A stretch of DNA of 32,000 nt, taken from assembly GCA_905221185.1 (NCBI GenBank), contig CAJNCE010000003.1, forward strand, positions 11,540 to 43,539, given 5' to 3'. The stretch is from a bacterium (GTDB lineage: Bacteria > Bacillota > Bacilli > Lactobacillales > Streptococcaceae). Made by a program: the position numbers and the translations under genes. Shown piece after piece: positions 1 to 9,192 of the stretch. Numbering within the stretch: position 1 is the stretch's first letter; each line of letters starts with the position of its first letter. The notes under the pieces were generated by a model. It searched no databases and had not been told where the DNA came from. It worked only from the letters and a program-made list of their open reading frames with translations.

Positions 1-103
1 AGGCAGCTAAGCAGAATGCTGACTTACCTAACTAAGAAGAGATGTTTGAAAATGCTGTTTTAAGTTTTCGGTTAAAACAGATAGAGTTGATAATCAAGGA
101 TTT

Positions 104-130
104 GAGATAATGAAAAAGAGGATCGGTGGG
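104..130. terminator. Candidate bidirectional intrinsic terminator at the left window edge
   Basis: Stem AAGAGGATC (106-114) / GGTCCTCTT (119-127), 9 bp including one G-T pair, loop GGTG. An A-run lies 5' and a T-run 3'. It sits between an off-window upstream gene and the 3' end of the minus-strand TetR gene. Confidence 0.4.
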
Positions 131-201
131 TCCTCTTTTATTGTTAAAAAAATGAAAAACTCAGTAGTCTAGGCATAAGGCAACTGAGCTCTACTCTGTA
201 T

Positions 202-738
202 TCAATTTTTAGGAATGAGAAGGTCTAGATAAAACTGGACAACTTCTTGTTCTGTGAAATCTTGCCCTTTTTTAAGCCACCAGGTTAATGTCTCGATAAA
301 GTTGGTTACAACTAAGTGTTGGAGATAAGAAGCAGGCAGACTTGGGTGAGCTTTTTTCAAATCCTCAGCCAGCATAGGATAGACGTGGTGCTCCAGCTCT
401 CTCTGGAGTTGACGGAGGAAGTAGTCATTTTTGGAGAATAGTAAACTAGTGATATGGTCTTGATTTTTCTGAAAATGTAGAAAGAGGTGGGCAAGGTAAT
501 CTTCGGTTGAAATGGCTTGCTCTCTTTCAAAGAGATGATGGAAGAGGTAACGACAGAGCTCATCTAGAAGTAGCTCTTTGCTTTCATAGTGACAGTAAAA
601 GGTGGAACGTCCCACATCTGCGAGATCAATGATATCCTGAACAGTAGTGGCCTCGTAGCCCTTAGCATTCAAAAGTTGTAGAAAAGCTTGATAGATAGCT
701 TTTTTTGTTTTACTGATACGGCGGTCAATCTTAGTCAT
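202..738 (-). CDS. sczA: TetR-family transcriptional regulator, divergent from the CDF exporter (SczA-like zinc-responsive regulator)
   Basis: 178-aa ORF. N-terminal TetR HTH signature (GYEATTVQDIIDLADVGRSTFYCHYESKE). The divergent arrangement with a czcD-like gene matches the pneumococcal sczA-czcD locus. The symbol is assigned by synteny and memory, not by alignment. Confidence 0.8.
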   Translation of the reverse strand: MTKIDRRISKTKKAIYQAFLQLLNAKGYEATTVQDIIDLADVGRSTFYCHYESKELLLDELCRYLFHHLFEREQAISTEDYLAHLFLHFQKNQDHITSLLFSKNDYFLRQLQRELEHHVYPMLAEDLKKAHPSLPASYLQHLVVTNFIETLTWWLKKGQDFTEQEVVQFYLDLLIPKN

Positions 739-759
739 ATGGACACTTGAGGCAAATTG

Positions 760-771
760 TTCAGAACTGAA
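760..771. promoter_or_regulatory. Palindrome TTCAG-AA-CTGAA in the sczA/czcD intergenic region; candidate TetR (SczA) operator
   Basis: Perfect 5-2-5 inverted repeat seen directly, located between the divergent regulator and exporter genes. Confidence 0.45.
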
Positions 772-824
772 TAAAGCTGACGCTTTGCTTCTATCCTTTC
801 TTTGAGTTTTAGTGGATAATGATA

Positions 825-841
825 ATGAACAAGATGTTCAT
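825..841. promoter_or_regulatory. Palindrome ATGAACA-AGA-TGTTCAT immediately upstream of czcD; candidate SczA operator
   Basis: Perfect 7-3-7 inverted repeat, about 30 nt upstream of the czcD start. It shares the TGTTCA/TGAACA half-site with the 760-771 palindrome region (attgTTCAGAACTGAA). Confidence 0.55.
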
Positions 842-870
842 GAATCTATTATAACAAAGGAATGAGAAAT

Positions 871-1761
871 ATGAAGACAAAATATGCTGTTTGGGTGGCC
901 TTTTTCTTAAATTTGACTTATGCCATTGTCGAGTTTATTGCAGGTGGAATATTTGGTTCTAGCGCTGTTCTTGCTGACTCTGTGCATGACTTGGGAGATG
1001 CGATTGCAATTGGAATATCAGCTTTTCTAGAAACCATCTCTAATCGTGAAGAAGATAATCAGTACACCTTGGGCTATAAGCGGTTTAGTCTGCTAGGAGC
1101 CTTGGTAACAGCGATAATACTCATGACAGGATCAGTTCTAGTCATTTTGGAAAATGTCACGAAGATTTTAAATCCGCAACCAGTCAATGATGAGGGGATT
1201 CTCTGGTTAGGAATTATTGCGATTACTATTAATGTGTTAGCGAGTCTAGTGGTTGGTAAGGGAAAGACAAAGAATGAGTCTATTCTGAGTCTGCATTTTC
1301 TGGAAGATACCCTAGGGTGGCTGGCTGTGATTCTGATGGCGATTGTTCTTCGGTTCACGAACTGGTATATCCTAGACCCACTTTTGTCCCTTGTCATTTC
1401 TTTCTTTATTCTTTCAAAAGCCCTTCCACGTTTTTGGTCTACGCTCAAGATTTTCTTGGATGCTGTGCCAGAAGGTCTTGATATTGAGCAAGTAAAGAAT
1501 GGCCTGGAGCGATTGGACAATGTGGCCAGTCTTAATCAGCTTAATCTCTGGACTATGGATGGTTTGGAAAAAAATGCCATTGTCCATCTCTGTTTAGAAG
1601 ATTGGGAGCAGATGACGGAAACAAAGAATCAAGTACGTCAACTCTTAGAAGAAAGAGGTGTGCAGAATATTACTATCGAAGTGGACACCAGTCAAAGCAA
1701 TCATGCGCAACATAAGCGAAAGGTAACAGCTTTAGAGCAGCACCACGGGCATCAACACTAG
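871..1761 (+). CDS. czcD: Cation diffusion facilitator family Zn/Cd/Co efflux transporter
   Basis: The ORF track gives 862-1761. The ATG at 871 is better spaced from the AAAGGAA Shine-Dalgarno at 855-861. Multiple TM helices, an HDLGD motif, and a His-rich C-terminus (HHGHQH) typical of CDF proteins. Confidence 0.85.
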   Translation: MKTKYAVWVAFFLNLTYAIVEFIAGGIFGSSAVLADSVHDLGDAIAIGISAFLETISNREEDNQYTLGYKRFSLLGALVTAIILMTGSVLVILENVTKILNPQPVNDEGILWLGIIAITINVLASLVVGKGKTKNESILSLHFLEDTLGWLAVILMAIVLRFTNWYILDPLLSLVISFFILSKALPRFWSTLKIFLDAVPEGLDIEQVKNGLERLDNVASLNQLNLWTMDGLEKNAIVHLCLEDWEQMTETKNQVRQLLEERGVQNITIEVDTSQSNHAQHKRKVTALEQHHGHQH

Positions 1762-1817
1762 AAAAAGAGGCTGGGACAAAATTCAATTTCAAGAGAGAAT
1801 GAAGTAAATCTTCACAC

Positions 1818-1867
1818 AAAAACGCATAGTATCAAGGTTTCTAAACATTTGACACTATGCGCTTTTT
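1818..1867. terminator. Bidirectional intrinsic terminator between convergent czcD and galR
   Basis: 13-bp stem CGCATAGTATCAA (1823-1835) / TTGACACTATGCG (1849-1861) with one mismatch. It is preceded by AAAAA and followed by TTTTT. Confidence 0.75.
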
Positions 1868-1903
1868 GCTTTTAGAGACTTTTTGCCTAGCTTATTTAAT
1901 ATC

Positions 1904-2938
<1,035 letters not shown>

Positions 2939-2961
2939 TATTTTTCTGCTTTTTACCGATA

Positions 2962-2983
2962 GTTTAGTAAAAGTTTAGTAAAA
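2962..2983. repeat. Perfect tandem direct repeat GTTTAGTAAAA x2 abutting the galK -35
   Basis: Two contiguous identical 11-mers (2962-2972 and 2973-2983). The same stretch also reads as a near-palindrome, TTAGTAAA-AG-TTTAGTAA. Confidence 0.8.
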
Positions 2984-2986
2984 AGG

Positions 2987-3015
2987 ATTGACCTTGGCAA
3001 AAGCCTTGGATACAA
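2987..3015 (+). promoter_or_regulatory. galK operon promoter (-35 TTGACC, 17-nt spacer, -10 TACAAT)
   Basis: TTGACC at 2987-2992, a 17-nt spacer, and TACAAT at 3010-3015, about 57 nt upstream of the galK ATG. Confidence 0.7.
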
Positions 3016-3018
3016 TAG

Positions 3019-3032
3019 AAGAAAACGATTAC
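3019..3032. promoter_or_regulatory. Candidate cre / LacI-family operator (AGAAAACGATTACA) just downstream of the galK -10
   Basis: 12 of 14 positions match the cre-like consensus TGAAARCGYTTWCA, with the central CG preserved. The position overlaps the predicted transcription start. Confidence 0.35.
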
Positions 3033-3072
3033 ACGTTAAGGTGATTTAACGGACAGTCAAAGGAGAATTCAT

Positions 3073-4251
3073 ATGACACAACATCTTACTGCAGAAGCTC
3101 TTCGTAAAGACTTTCTTGCCGTTTTTGGTCAAGAAGCAGACCAAACTTTCTTCTCACCAGGTCGTATCAATTTGATTGGTGAACACACAGACTACAATGG
3201 TGGACACGTTTTTCCAGCTGCTATTTCCTTGGGAACATACGGTGCAGCTCGCAAGCGTGACGACCAAGTTTTACGTTTCTATTCAGCCAACTTTGAGGAC
3301 AAGGGGATTATTGAAGTTCCTCTTGCAGGCCTCAAGTTTGAAAAGGAGCATAGCTGGACCAACTATCCAAAAGGAGTTCTTCATTTCTTACAAGAAGCTG
3401 GGCACGTGATTGACAAAGGGTTTGATTTTTATGTTTATGGAAATATCCCAAATGGTGCAGGCTTGTCTTCATCAGCATCCTTGGAACTTTTGACAGGGGT
3501 CGTGGCAGAGCGTCTCTTTGATTTAAAACTAGACCGTTTGGATTTGGTTAAAATCGGAAAACAAACAGAAAATAACTTTATCGGAGTCAACTCTGGTATC
3601 ATGGACCAGTTTGCTATCGGTATGGGGGCTGACCAACGTGCCATTTACCTAGATACCAATACCTTAGAGTACGACTTGGTGCCGCTTGATTTGAAAGACA
3701 ATGTTGTTGTCATCATGAACACCAACAAACGTCGTGAATTGGCTGACTCTAAGTACAATGAGCGCCGTGCTGAGTGCGAAAAAGCGGTGGAAGAATTGCA
3801 AGTTGCCTTGGATATTCAGACCTTGGGTGAGTTGGACGAGTGGGCCTTTGACCAATACAGCTATCTGATTAAAGACGAAAATCGTTTAAAACGTGCTCGC
3901 CATGCTGTTCTTGAAAACCAACGTACCCTTAAAGCTCAAGCAGCTCTTCAGGCAGGTGATTTGGAAACATTTGGTCGCTTGATGAATGCATCTCACGTTT
4001 CTCTGGAGCATGATTATGAAGTCACTGGCTTAGAATTGGATACTCTTGTTCATACAGCTTGGGCACAAGAAGGTGTTCTCGGTGCTCGTATGACAGGGGC
4101 AGGTTTTGGTGGCTGTGCCATTGCCTTGGTGCAAAAAGATACAGTTGAGGCCTTTAAGGAAGCTGTTGGCAAGCACTACGAGGAAGTAGTCGGATATGCT
4201 CCAAGCTTCTATATCGCTGAAGTTGCAGGTGGCACTCGCGTTTTAGACTAG
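3073..4251 (+). CDS. galK: Galactokinase
   Basis: 392-aa ORF. GHMP kinase motifs ([15 protein letters not shown]; [11 protein letters not shown]). Leloir-operon context. Confidence 0.95.
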   Translation: MTQHLTAEALRKDFLAVFGQEADQTFFSPGRINLIGEHTDYNGGHVFPAAISLGTYGAARKRDDQVLRFYSANFEDKGIIEVPLAGLKFEKEHSWTNYPKGVLHFLQEAGHVIDKGFDFYVYGNIPNGAGLSSSASLELLTGVVAERLFDLKLDRLDLVKIGKQTENNFIGVNSGIMDQFAIGMGADQRAIYLDTNTLEYDLVPLDLKDNVVVIMNTNKRRELADSKYNERRAECEKAVEELQVALDIQTLGELDEWAFDQYSYLIKDENRLKRARHAVLENQRTLKAQAALQAGDLETFGRLMNASHVSLEHDYEVTGLELDTLVHTAWAQEGVLGARMTGAGFGGCAIALVQKDTVEAFKEAVGKHYEEVVGYAPSFYIAEVAGGTRVLD

Positions 4252-4262
4252 GAGAGCAGTAA

Positions 4263-4922
4263 ATGGAAGCTGTAATATTTGATTTAGATGGCTTATTAGC
4301 TGATACTGAGATCATTTCTCTAAAAGTTTATCAAGAATTGCTTGAGGATTTTGGAATTCCTTTCACAGAAGATACATATTCTAGAGAATACAGTGGACAT
4401 AGGGAAGAGGAGAATGTTCAACGATTTTTGGACACCTATGATTTACCTTGGAACTTTGACCAAACCTTGGAAAAAGTTTATGAACTGGAAGCTCGAATAT
4501 TAGCAAAAGGTGTAAATTTAAAAAAAGGTGCTAAAAATTTGCTTGCTTTTTTGCAAAGAGAAGGTATTCCAATCGCTTTAGCAACTTCAAGTGTTGAATC
4601 TAGAGCTAGAATGATTTTGGATAGTAATGGTATACTGTCCCTATTTGACCATCTAGTTTTTGCAAAAGATGTAAAGCGAAGCAAACCTTACCCTGATATA
4701 TTTTTAAAGGCCTGCAGTGATTTGAATGTTTTACCAGAGAATTGTTTAGTATTAGAGGATAGTGAAGCAGGGATCGAAGCCGCCTATAGAGCTGGGATAC
4801 CAGTTATTTGTATTCCAGACTTAAAAATGCCAGCACAGTCTTTCTTAAATAAAACAGAACAAGTTTTTCAAGATTTAGATGCTGTCAGAGATTATTTAGA
4901 AAGTAGGAAGGAGAATCAATGA
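4263..4922 (+). CDS. HAD-superfamily hydrolase, subfamily IA (beta-phosphoglucomutase/sugar-phosphatase-like)
   Basis: 219-aa ORF. HAD motif I FDLDGLLADTE, motif II ATSS, motif III K (KRSKPYPDIF), motif IV EDSEAG. SD AGGAGA at 4250-4255. The stop overlaps the galT start (ATGA at 4919-4922). Confidence 0.85.
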   Translation: MEAVIFDLDGLLADTEIISLKVYQELLEDFGIPFTEDTYSREYSGHREEENVQRFLDTYDLPWNFDQTLEKVYELEARILAKGVNLKKGAKNLLAFLQREGIPIALATSSVESRARMILDSNGILSLFDHLVFAKDVKRSKPYPDIFLKACSDLNVLPENCLVLEDSEAGIEAAYRAGIPVICIPDLKMPAQSFLNKTEQVFQDLDAVRDYLESRKENQ

Positions 4923-6406
4923 GTCAGGGAATTCTAGATGCATTTATCACGGAAGTCATTGCTGAAAGTGCTTTTGAGGAAATGGATCGAATCTACTTGA
5001 CCAATCGTGTCTTAGCACGAGTGGGAGAAGGTGTTTTGGAAGTTGAGACGAATCTGGATAAATTGATTGACCTCAAGGACCAGCTTGTCGAGGAGGCGGT
5101 TCGATTAGAGACGATTGAGGATAGTCAGACTGCGCGTGAAATCCTCGGCGCTGAACTGATGGATTTGGTGACCCCTTGTCCGAGTCAGGTTAATCGTGAC
5201 TTCTGGGGAACTTACGCCCAATCTCCTGAGCAGGCGATAGCGGATTTTTACCAACTCAGCCAGAAAAATGACTACATCAAGCTCAAGGCCATTGCTAAAA
5301 ATATCGCTTATCGTGTTCCATCTGATTACGGAGAGCTTGAAATTACCATCAATCTCTCTAAGCCTGAAAAGGATCCCAAAGAGATTGCGGCAGCCAAGTT
5401 GGTGCAAGCTAGCAATTATCCCCAGTGCCAGCTTTGCCTAGAGAATGAGGGCTATCATGGTCGAGTTAACCACCCAGCTCGCAGCAACCACCGTATTATC
5501 CGTTTTGAAATGGATGGTCAGGAATGGGGCTTCCAGTATTCGCCCTATGCTTACTTTAATGAGCACTGTATTTTCTTAGATGGCCAGCACCGCCCCATGG
5601 TCATTAGTCGTCTGAGTTTTGAGCGTCTGCTGGCGATCGTAGAGCAGTTTCCGGGCTATTTTGCGGGTTCAAATGCGGACTTACCGATTGTGGGGGGCTC
5701 TATTCTAACTCATGACCACTATCAGGGAGGCCGTCACGTATTTCCTATGGAATTGGCTCCTCTGCAAAAGACTTTTTCTTTTGCTGGTTTTGAGCAGGTC
5801 AAGGCTGGAATTGTCAAGTGGCCTATGTCAGTGCTACGTTTGACCTCGGATTCTAAAGAGGATTTGATCAACTTAGCCGATAAGATTTTGCAGGAATGGC
5901 GTCAGTATTCAGATCCAAGTGTGCAAGTCTTGGCAGAAAGTAATGGAACACCACACCATACCATTACACCTATTGCCCGTAAACGCGATGGACAGTTTGA
6001 ATTGGACTTGGTCTTGCGGGATAATCAGACATCGCCAGAGCATCCGGATGGTATCTATCATCCCCACAAGGATGTCCAACATATCAAGAAGGAAAATATC
6101 GGCTTGATTGAGGTCATGGGCTTAGCTATTTTGCCACCACGTCTGAAAGCAGAAGTAGAGCAAGTCGCCAGCTATTTCGTGGGAAATGGGGATACAGTTG
6201 CCGACTATCATCAGAAATGGGCAGAGCAGCTTAAAGTCCAACATCCAGACCTAGCGGATAAAGAAAAAGCCCTTGAAATCGTCAAGGACTCTGTGGGTGC
6301 TATCTTTGCGCGTGTTTTGGAGGATGCTGGAGTTTACAAGCAGACTGAGCAGGGACAGGCAGCCTTTATGCGCTTTGTAGAGCAGGTTGGAATTTTGCCA
6401 GACTAG
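4919..6406 (+). CDS. galT: Galactose-1-phosphate uridylyltransferase (type 2, Firmicutes type)
   Basis: 495-aa ORF of the size and composition typical of streptococcal GalT. It follows galK. SD AGGAAGGAG lies inside the 3' end of the HAD gene. Confidence 0.9.
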   Translation: MSQGILDAFITEVIAESAFEEMDRIYLTNRVLARVGEGVLEVETNLDKLIDLKDQLVEEAVRLETIEDSQTAREILGAELMDLVTPCPSQVNRDFWGTYAQSPEQAIADFYQLSQKNDYIKLKAIAKNIAYRVPSDYGELEITINLSKPEKDPKEIAAAKLVQASNYPQCQLCLENEGYHGRVNHPARSNHRIIRFEMDGQEWGFQYSPYAYFNEHCIFLDGQHRPMVISRLSFERLLAIVEQFPGYFAGSNADLPIVGGSILTHDHYQGGRHVFPMELAPLQKTFSFAGFEQVKAGIVKWPMSVLRLTSDSKEDLINLADKILQEWRQYSDPSVQVLAESNGTPHHTITPIARKRDGQFELDLVLRDNQTSPEHPDGIYHPHKDVQHIKKENIGLIEVMGLAILPPRLKAEVEQVASYFVGNGDTVADYHQKWAEQLKVQHPDLADKEKALEIVKDSVGAIFARVLEDAGVYKQTEQGQAAFMRFVEQVGILPD

Positions 6407-6475
6407 GAGCTTTCTCCTTGCACAGTCCTATAAAAAGTAGTATCATAGTGTCGTTTGAAATATCAGGAGGAAACG

Positions 6476-6880
6476 ATGAAAGATTTTCATTTTGACGCTA
6501 TATCTGCCTTTGAAAATTACGAAATTGAAAAAATGAGAGATGGTCACGTTGTGGTGACGACCAAAGTAGTGGACTCGTCGCTCAACTACTATGGCAATGC
6601 CCATGGTGGCTATCTCTTTACCCTTTGTGACCAGATCAGTGGTTTGGTTGTCATCTCGCTGGGACTTGATGGGGTGACACTTCAATCCTCTATCAACTAT
6701 CTCAAGGCAGGGAAACTTGACGACGTGTTGACCATTAAAGGAGAATGTGTCCACCAAGGTCGCACAACTTGTGTGGTGGATGTAGATATCACCAATCAAG
6801 AAGGCAGAAATGTCTGTAAAGCAACCTTCACCATGTTTGTCACAGGCCAAAGGTCAGAAGATAGACAGGTAAGGATATAG
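6476..6880 (+). CDS. PaaI-family hotdog-fold thioesterase
   Basis: The ORF track starts at a TTG (6455). The ATG at 6476 follows an AGGAGG SD (6464-6469). Contains the NAHGGYLFTLCD motif typical of PaaI/YbdB thioesterases. Confidence 0.8.
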   Translation: MKDFHFDAISAFENYEIEKMRDGHVVVTTKVVDSSLNYYGNAHGGYLFTLCDQISGLVVISLGLDGVTLQSSINYLKAGKLDDVLTIKGECVHQGRTTCVVDVDITNQEGRNVCKATFTMFVTGQRSEDRQVRI

Positions 6881-6886
6881 ATAAAC

Positions 6887-6911
6887 AAAAAAGAGGCTCG
6901 CACCTCTTTTT
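6887..6911. terminator. Bidirectional intrinsic terminator between the thioesterase gene and convergent pbuX
   Basis: AAAAAAGAGG (6887-6896) / CCTCTTTTT (6903-6911) stem-loop with an A-run and a T-run. Confidence 0.65.
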
Positions 6912-6912
6912 C

Positions 6913-8175
6913 TTATTTCTTTTTACGATTCAGTACTGCATTGAGGACAATAGCGAGTAGGCTGGCTACAACGATTCCGTTTGAGAAGAACATTTGGAAG
7001 GCTGTAGGCATGCTGACAAAGAGATTACTGTTGTTGAGTCCGACACCTGCGGCGATGGATACAGCTGCGATAAGGAAGTTATGTTCATTGTTAGCAAAAT
7101 CAACGCGGGCGAGGATTTGCATCCCTTGAATCGAGACAAAACCAAACATCACTAGCATGGCACCACCGAGGACAGGACTCGGAATGATTTGGGCAAGGGC
7201 GCCAAACTTAGGAAGGAGTCCAAGGAGAACCAGGAAACCAGCTGCGTAGTAGATTGGCAGGCGTTTCTTGATACCTGATAATTTAACCAGACCGACGTTT
7301 TGTGAAAATCCTGTGTAAGGGAAGGTGTTAAAGATTCCTCCGAGAAGTACGGCTAAACCTTCTGCACGGTAACCGTTGCGAAGGCGCGTGCTGTCGATTG
7401 GATCTTTCGTGATATCAGACAAGGCTAGGTAAACACCAGTCGACTCAACCATAGACACCGTTGCGATGATACACATCATGACAATAGATGAGATTTCAAA
7501 GGTTGGCATCCCAAAGTAGAGAGGAGTTGGAACATGGACAAGAGGTGCTGCAGCAACGGGAGAGAAATCAACCAAGCCCATGCTAGCAGCAATGGCAGTT
7601 CCAACAACCAAACCAATCAAAATAGAGATAGACTTGATAAATCCTTTGGTAAAGATGTTGATCAAGAGGATAATCAGAACAGTGATGGCTGCAAGCAAGA
7701 GACTTTGACCAGTTGGCTCTGGAACGTTATTTCCCATATTTCCAATAGCGACAGGAATCAAGGTTAAACCAATCGTAGTAATAACAGATCCGGTTACGAT
7801 AGATGGGAAAAGATTAGCTACTTTTGAGAAGATGCCTGAAACAAGAACCACGTAAATCCCTGATGCGATAAGGGCACCAAACATAGCACCACTACCATGA
7901 CTTTGACCAATCATAATCAAAGGAGCGACTGATTGGAAAGCAACTCCGAGAACGACTGGGAGTCCAATTCCAAAGTATTTGTTGAGTTGGAGTTGGAGGA
8001 AGGTTGCCACCCCACACATGAAGATATCTGTGGAAATCAGGTAGGTCAACTGCTCGGCTGAATAGCCAAGAGCTGTCGCAATCATGATGGGAACCAGGAT
8101 AGATCCTGAGTACATGGCTAGTAAGTGCTGCAAGCCAAGAACGGCTGCTTGCGAGTGTTTTTCTTGAGTTTGCAT
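6913..8175 (-). CDS. pbuX: Xanthine permease (NCS2 family)
   Basis: 420-aa polytopic membrane ORF. Its start overlaps the xpt stop by 1 nt (TAATG). Classical xpt-pbuX operon. Confidence 0.9.
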   Translation of the reverse strand: MQTQEKHSQAAVLGLQHLLAMYSGSILVPIMIATALGYSAEQLTYLISTDIFMCGVATFLQLQLNKYFGIGLPVVLGVAFQSVAPLIMIGQSHGSGAMFGALIASGIYVVLVSGIFSKVANLFPSIVTGSVITTIGLTLIPVAIGNMGNNVPEPTGQSLLLAAITVLIILLINIFTKGFIKSISILIGLVVGTAIAASMGLVDFSPVAAAPLVHVPTPLYFGMPTFEISSIVMMCIIATVSMVESTGVYLALSDITKDPIDSTRLRNGYRAEGLAVLLGGIFNTFPYTGFSQNVGLVKLSGIKKRLPIYYAAGFLVLLGLLPKFGALAQIIPSPVLGGAMLVMFGFVSIQGMQILARVDFANNEHNFLIAAVSIAAGVGLNNSNLFVSMPTAFQMFFSNGIVVASLLAIVLNAVLNRKKK

Positions 8176-8756
8176 TAGAGATCTGCCTCCTTAAATACGA
8201 CCTGACCATTTTCAAAACGATCCAAACGAGCAAGTGATAGGACAGGATAGCCTGTTTTTTCAAGCAAATCACGGCCATCTTGGAAGGATTTTTCAATCAC
8301 GATACCAATCGCTTCGACTCTTGCACCGGCCTGTTCGATGATTTGAATCAAGCCTTTAGCTGCTTGGCCATTAGCAAGGAAATCGTCAATAATCAAGACC
8401 TTGTCCTCGGGTGAGAGGAATTTTCCAGCGATGGAAACGGAGCTGGTCACCTGCTTGGTAAAGGAGTAGACTTCGGCAGTTAAGATGCCTTCATTCATGG
8501 TGATGTTTTTAGCCTTCTTTGCGAAAATCATGGGAACGTTTAAGGCTTCGGCAGTAAAAACGGCTGGGGCAATGCCTGACGCTTCAATGGTTACGACCTT
8601 GGTAATGCCAGCAGTAGCGAATTTTTCCGCAAAAACCTTACCAATCTCTCGCATCAAGCTAAAGTCAACTTGGTGAGTTAAAAAGGAATCCACCTTGAGA
8701 ATGTTATCACCCAAGATATGCCCATCCTTGAGAATGCGCTCTTCTAATAATTTCAT
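8175..8756 (-). CDS. xpt: Xanthine phosphoribosyltransferase
   Basis: 193-aa ORF with a PRPP-binding motif ([13 protein letters not shown]). Preceded by a purine riboswitch. Confidence 0.92.
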   Translation of the reverse strand: MKLLEERILKDGHILGDNILKVDSFLTHQVDFSLMREIGKVFAEKFATAGITKVVTIEASGIAPAVFTAEALNVPMIFAKKAKNITMNEGILTAEVYSFTKQVTSSVSIAGKFLSPEDKVLIIDDFLANGQAAKGLIQIIEQAGARVEAIGIVIEKSFQDGRDLLEKTGYPVLSLARLDRFENGQVVFKEADL

Positions 8757-8828
8757 AAGACCTCCTAAAGTCTAAAAGCCAATCCATTTGCTTGTTTAGA
8801 GTTTCTAGCAAGAAATAGAAAAAGGACC

Positions 8829-8860
8829 TACTTAATCTCTAAGCAAGTCCTCAAAATAGG
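8829..8860 (-). terminator. Expression-platform intrinsic terminator of the xpt riboswitch
   Basis: Minus-strand RNA reads GGACUUGCUUA-GAGAU-UAAGUAGGUCC (11-bp stem with 2 G-U pairs) followed by UUUUU. It lies between the aptamer and the xpt start. Confidence 0.7.
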
Positions 8861-8893
8861 CATGACAAAAAAGACCATACCTTCAAGTCAACT

Positions 8894-8958
8894 TACTTAT
8901 TGTTAGGTGTTCCGGCACCTTGTAGAAACGTCGTGCCAATTCACGACATAAACAAGTA
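8894..8958 (-). promoter_or_regulatory. Purine (guanine/xanthine-type) riboswitch aptamer
   Basis: Minus-strand RNA: UACUUGUU UAU GUCGUG AAUUGG CACGAC GUUUCUAC AAGGUG CCGGAA CACCU AAC AAUAAGUA. P1 is 8 bp, P2 6 bp, P3 5 bp. The conserved J2/3 GUUUCUAC is present, and a C immediately precedes the 3' strand of P1 (guanine-class discriminator). Confidence 0.8.
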
Positions 8959-8999
8959 AAACGATATTCAATTTTAAATAGGCTTGCGCCAATGTTTTT

Positions 9000-9028
9000 A
9001 TTTTACACTAAATAACTTTAGAAATCAA
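9000..9028 (-). promoter_or_regulatory. Candidate xpt-pbuX promoter (-35 TTGATT, 17 nt, -10 TAAAAT)
   Basis: On the minus strand: TTGATT (9023-9028), a 17-nt spacer, TAAAAT (9000-9005). This is about 40 nt upstream of the aptamer. Confidence 0.45.
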
Positions 9029-9192
9029 ATGTTTTGTCAGTGTTTTGAAACAAAAAACGAACAAATTGAAGAAAAATGGGAAAAATCTCAATTATAGGCT
9101 AACATTTAGAAGTATTTTTCATCATAAAAGACATATTATCAAGATTCTTCAAGACCTGACAATATGCCTTTTTCTGATTTGAAAGATTTTTT

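Noticed and set aside
1-63. Possible 3' end of an off-window gene. Frame 3 is open to a TAA at 31-33, and frame 1 is open to a TAA at 61-63.
   Set aside because: It is too short to identify the frame or the product. Only the downstream hairpin (104-130) hints that a gene ends here.
357-563. Nested or antisense ORFs of 60-150 aa inside larger genes: 357-563, 1074-1520, 3176-3409, 3435-3644, 3664-3855, 4478-4684, 5105-5407, 5919-6107, 6443-6850, 6941-7129, 7534-7767, 7892-8296, 8485-8676, 9662-9901.
   Set aside because: Each lies wholly within, or largely overlaps, a longer ORF with clear family motifs. None has a Shine-Dalgarno sequence, and their composition is typical of out-of-frame translation.
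9100-9192. Direct repeat TCAAGA-TTC-TTCAAGA downstream of the glyoxalase gene, considered as a terminator.
   Set aside because: The two halves are direct repeats, not inverted repeats, so no hairpin forms. I could not find a convincing terminator there.
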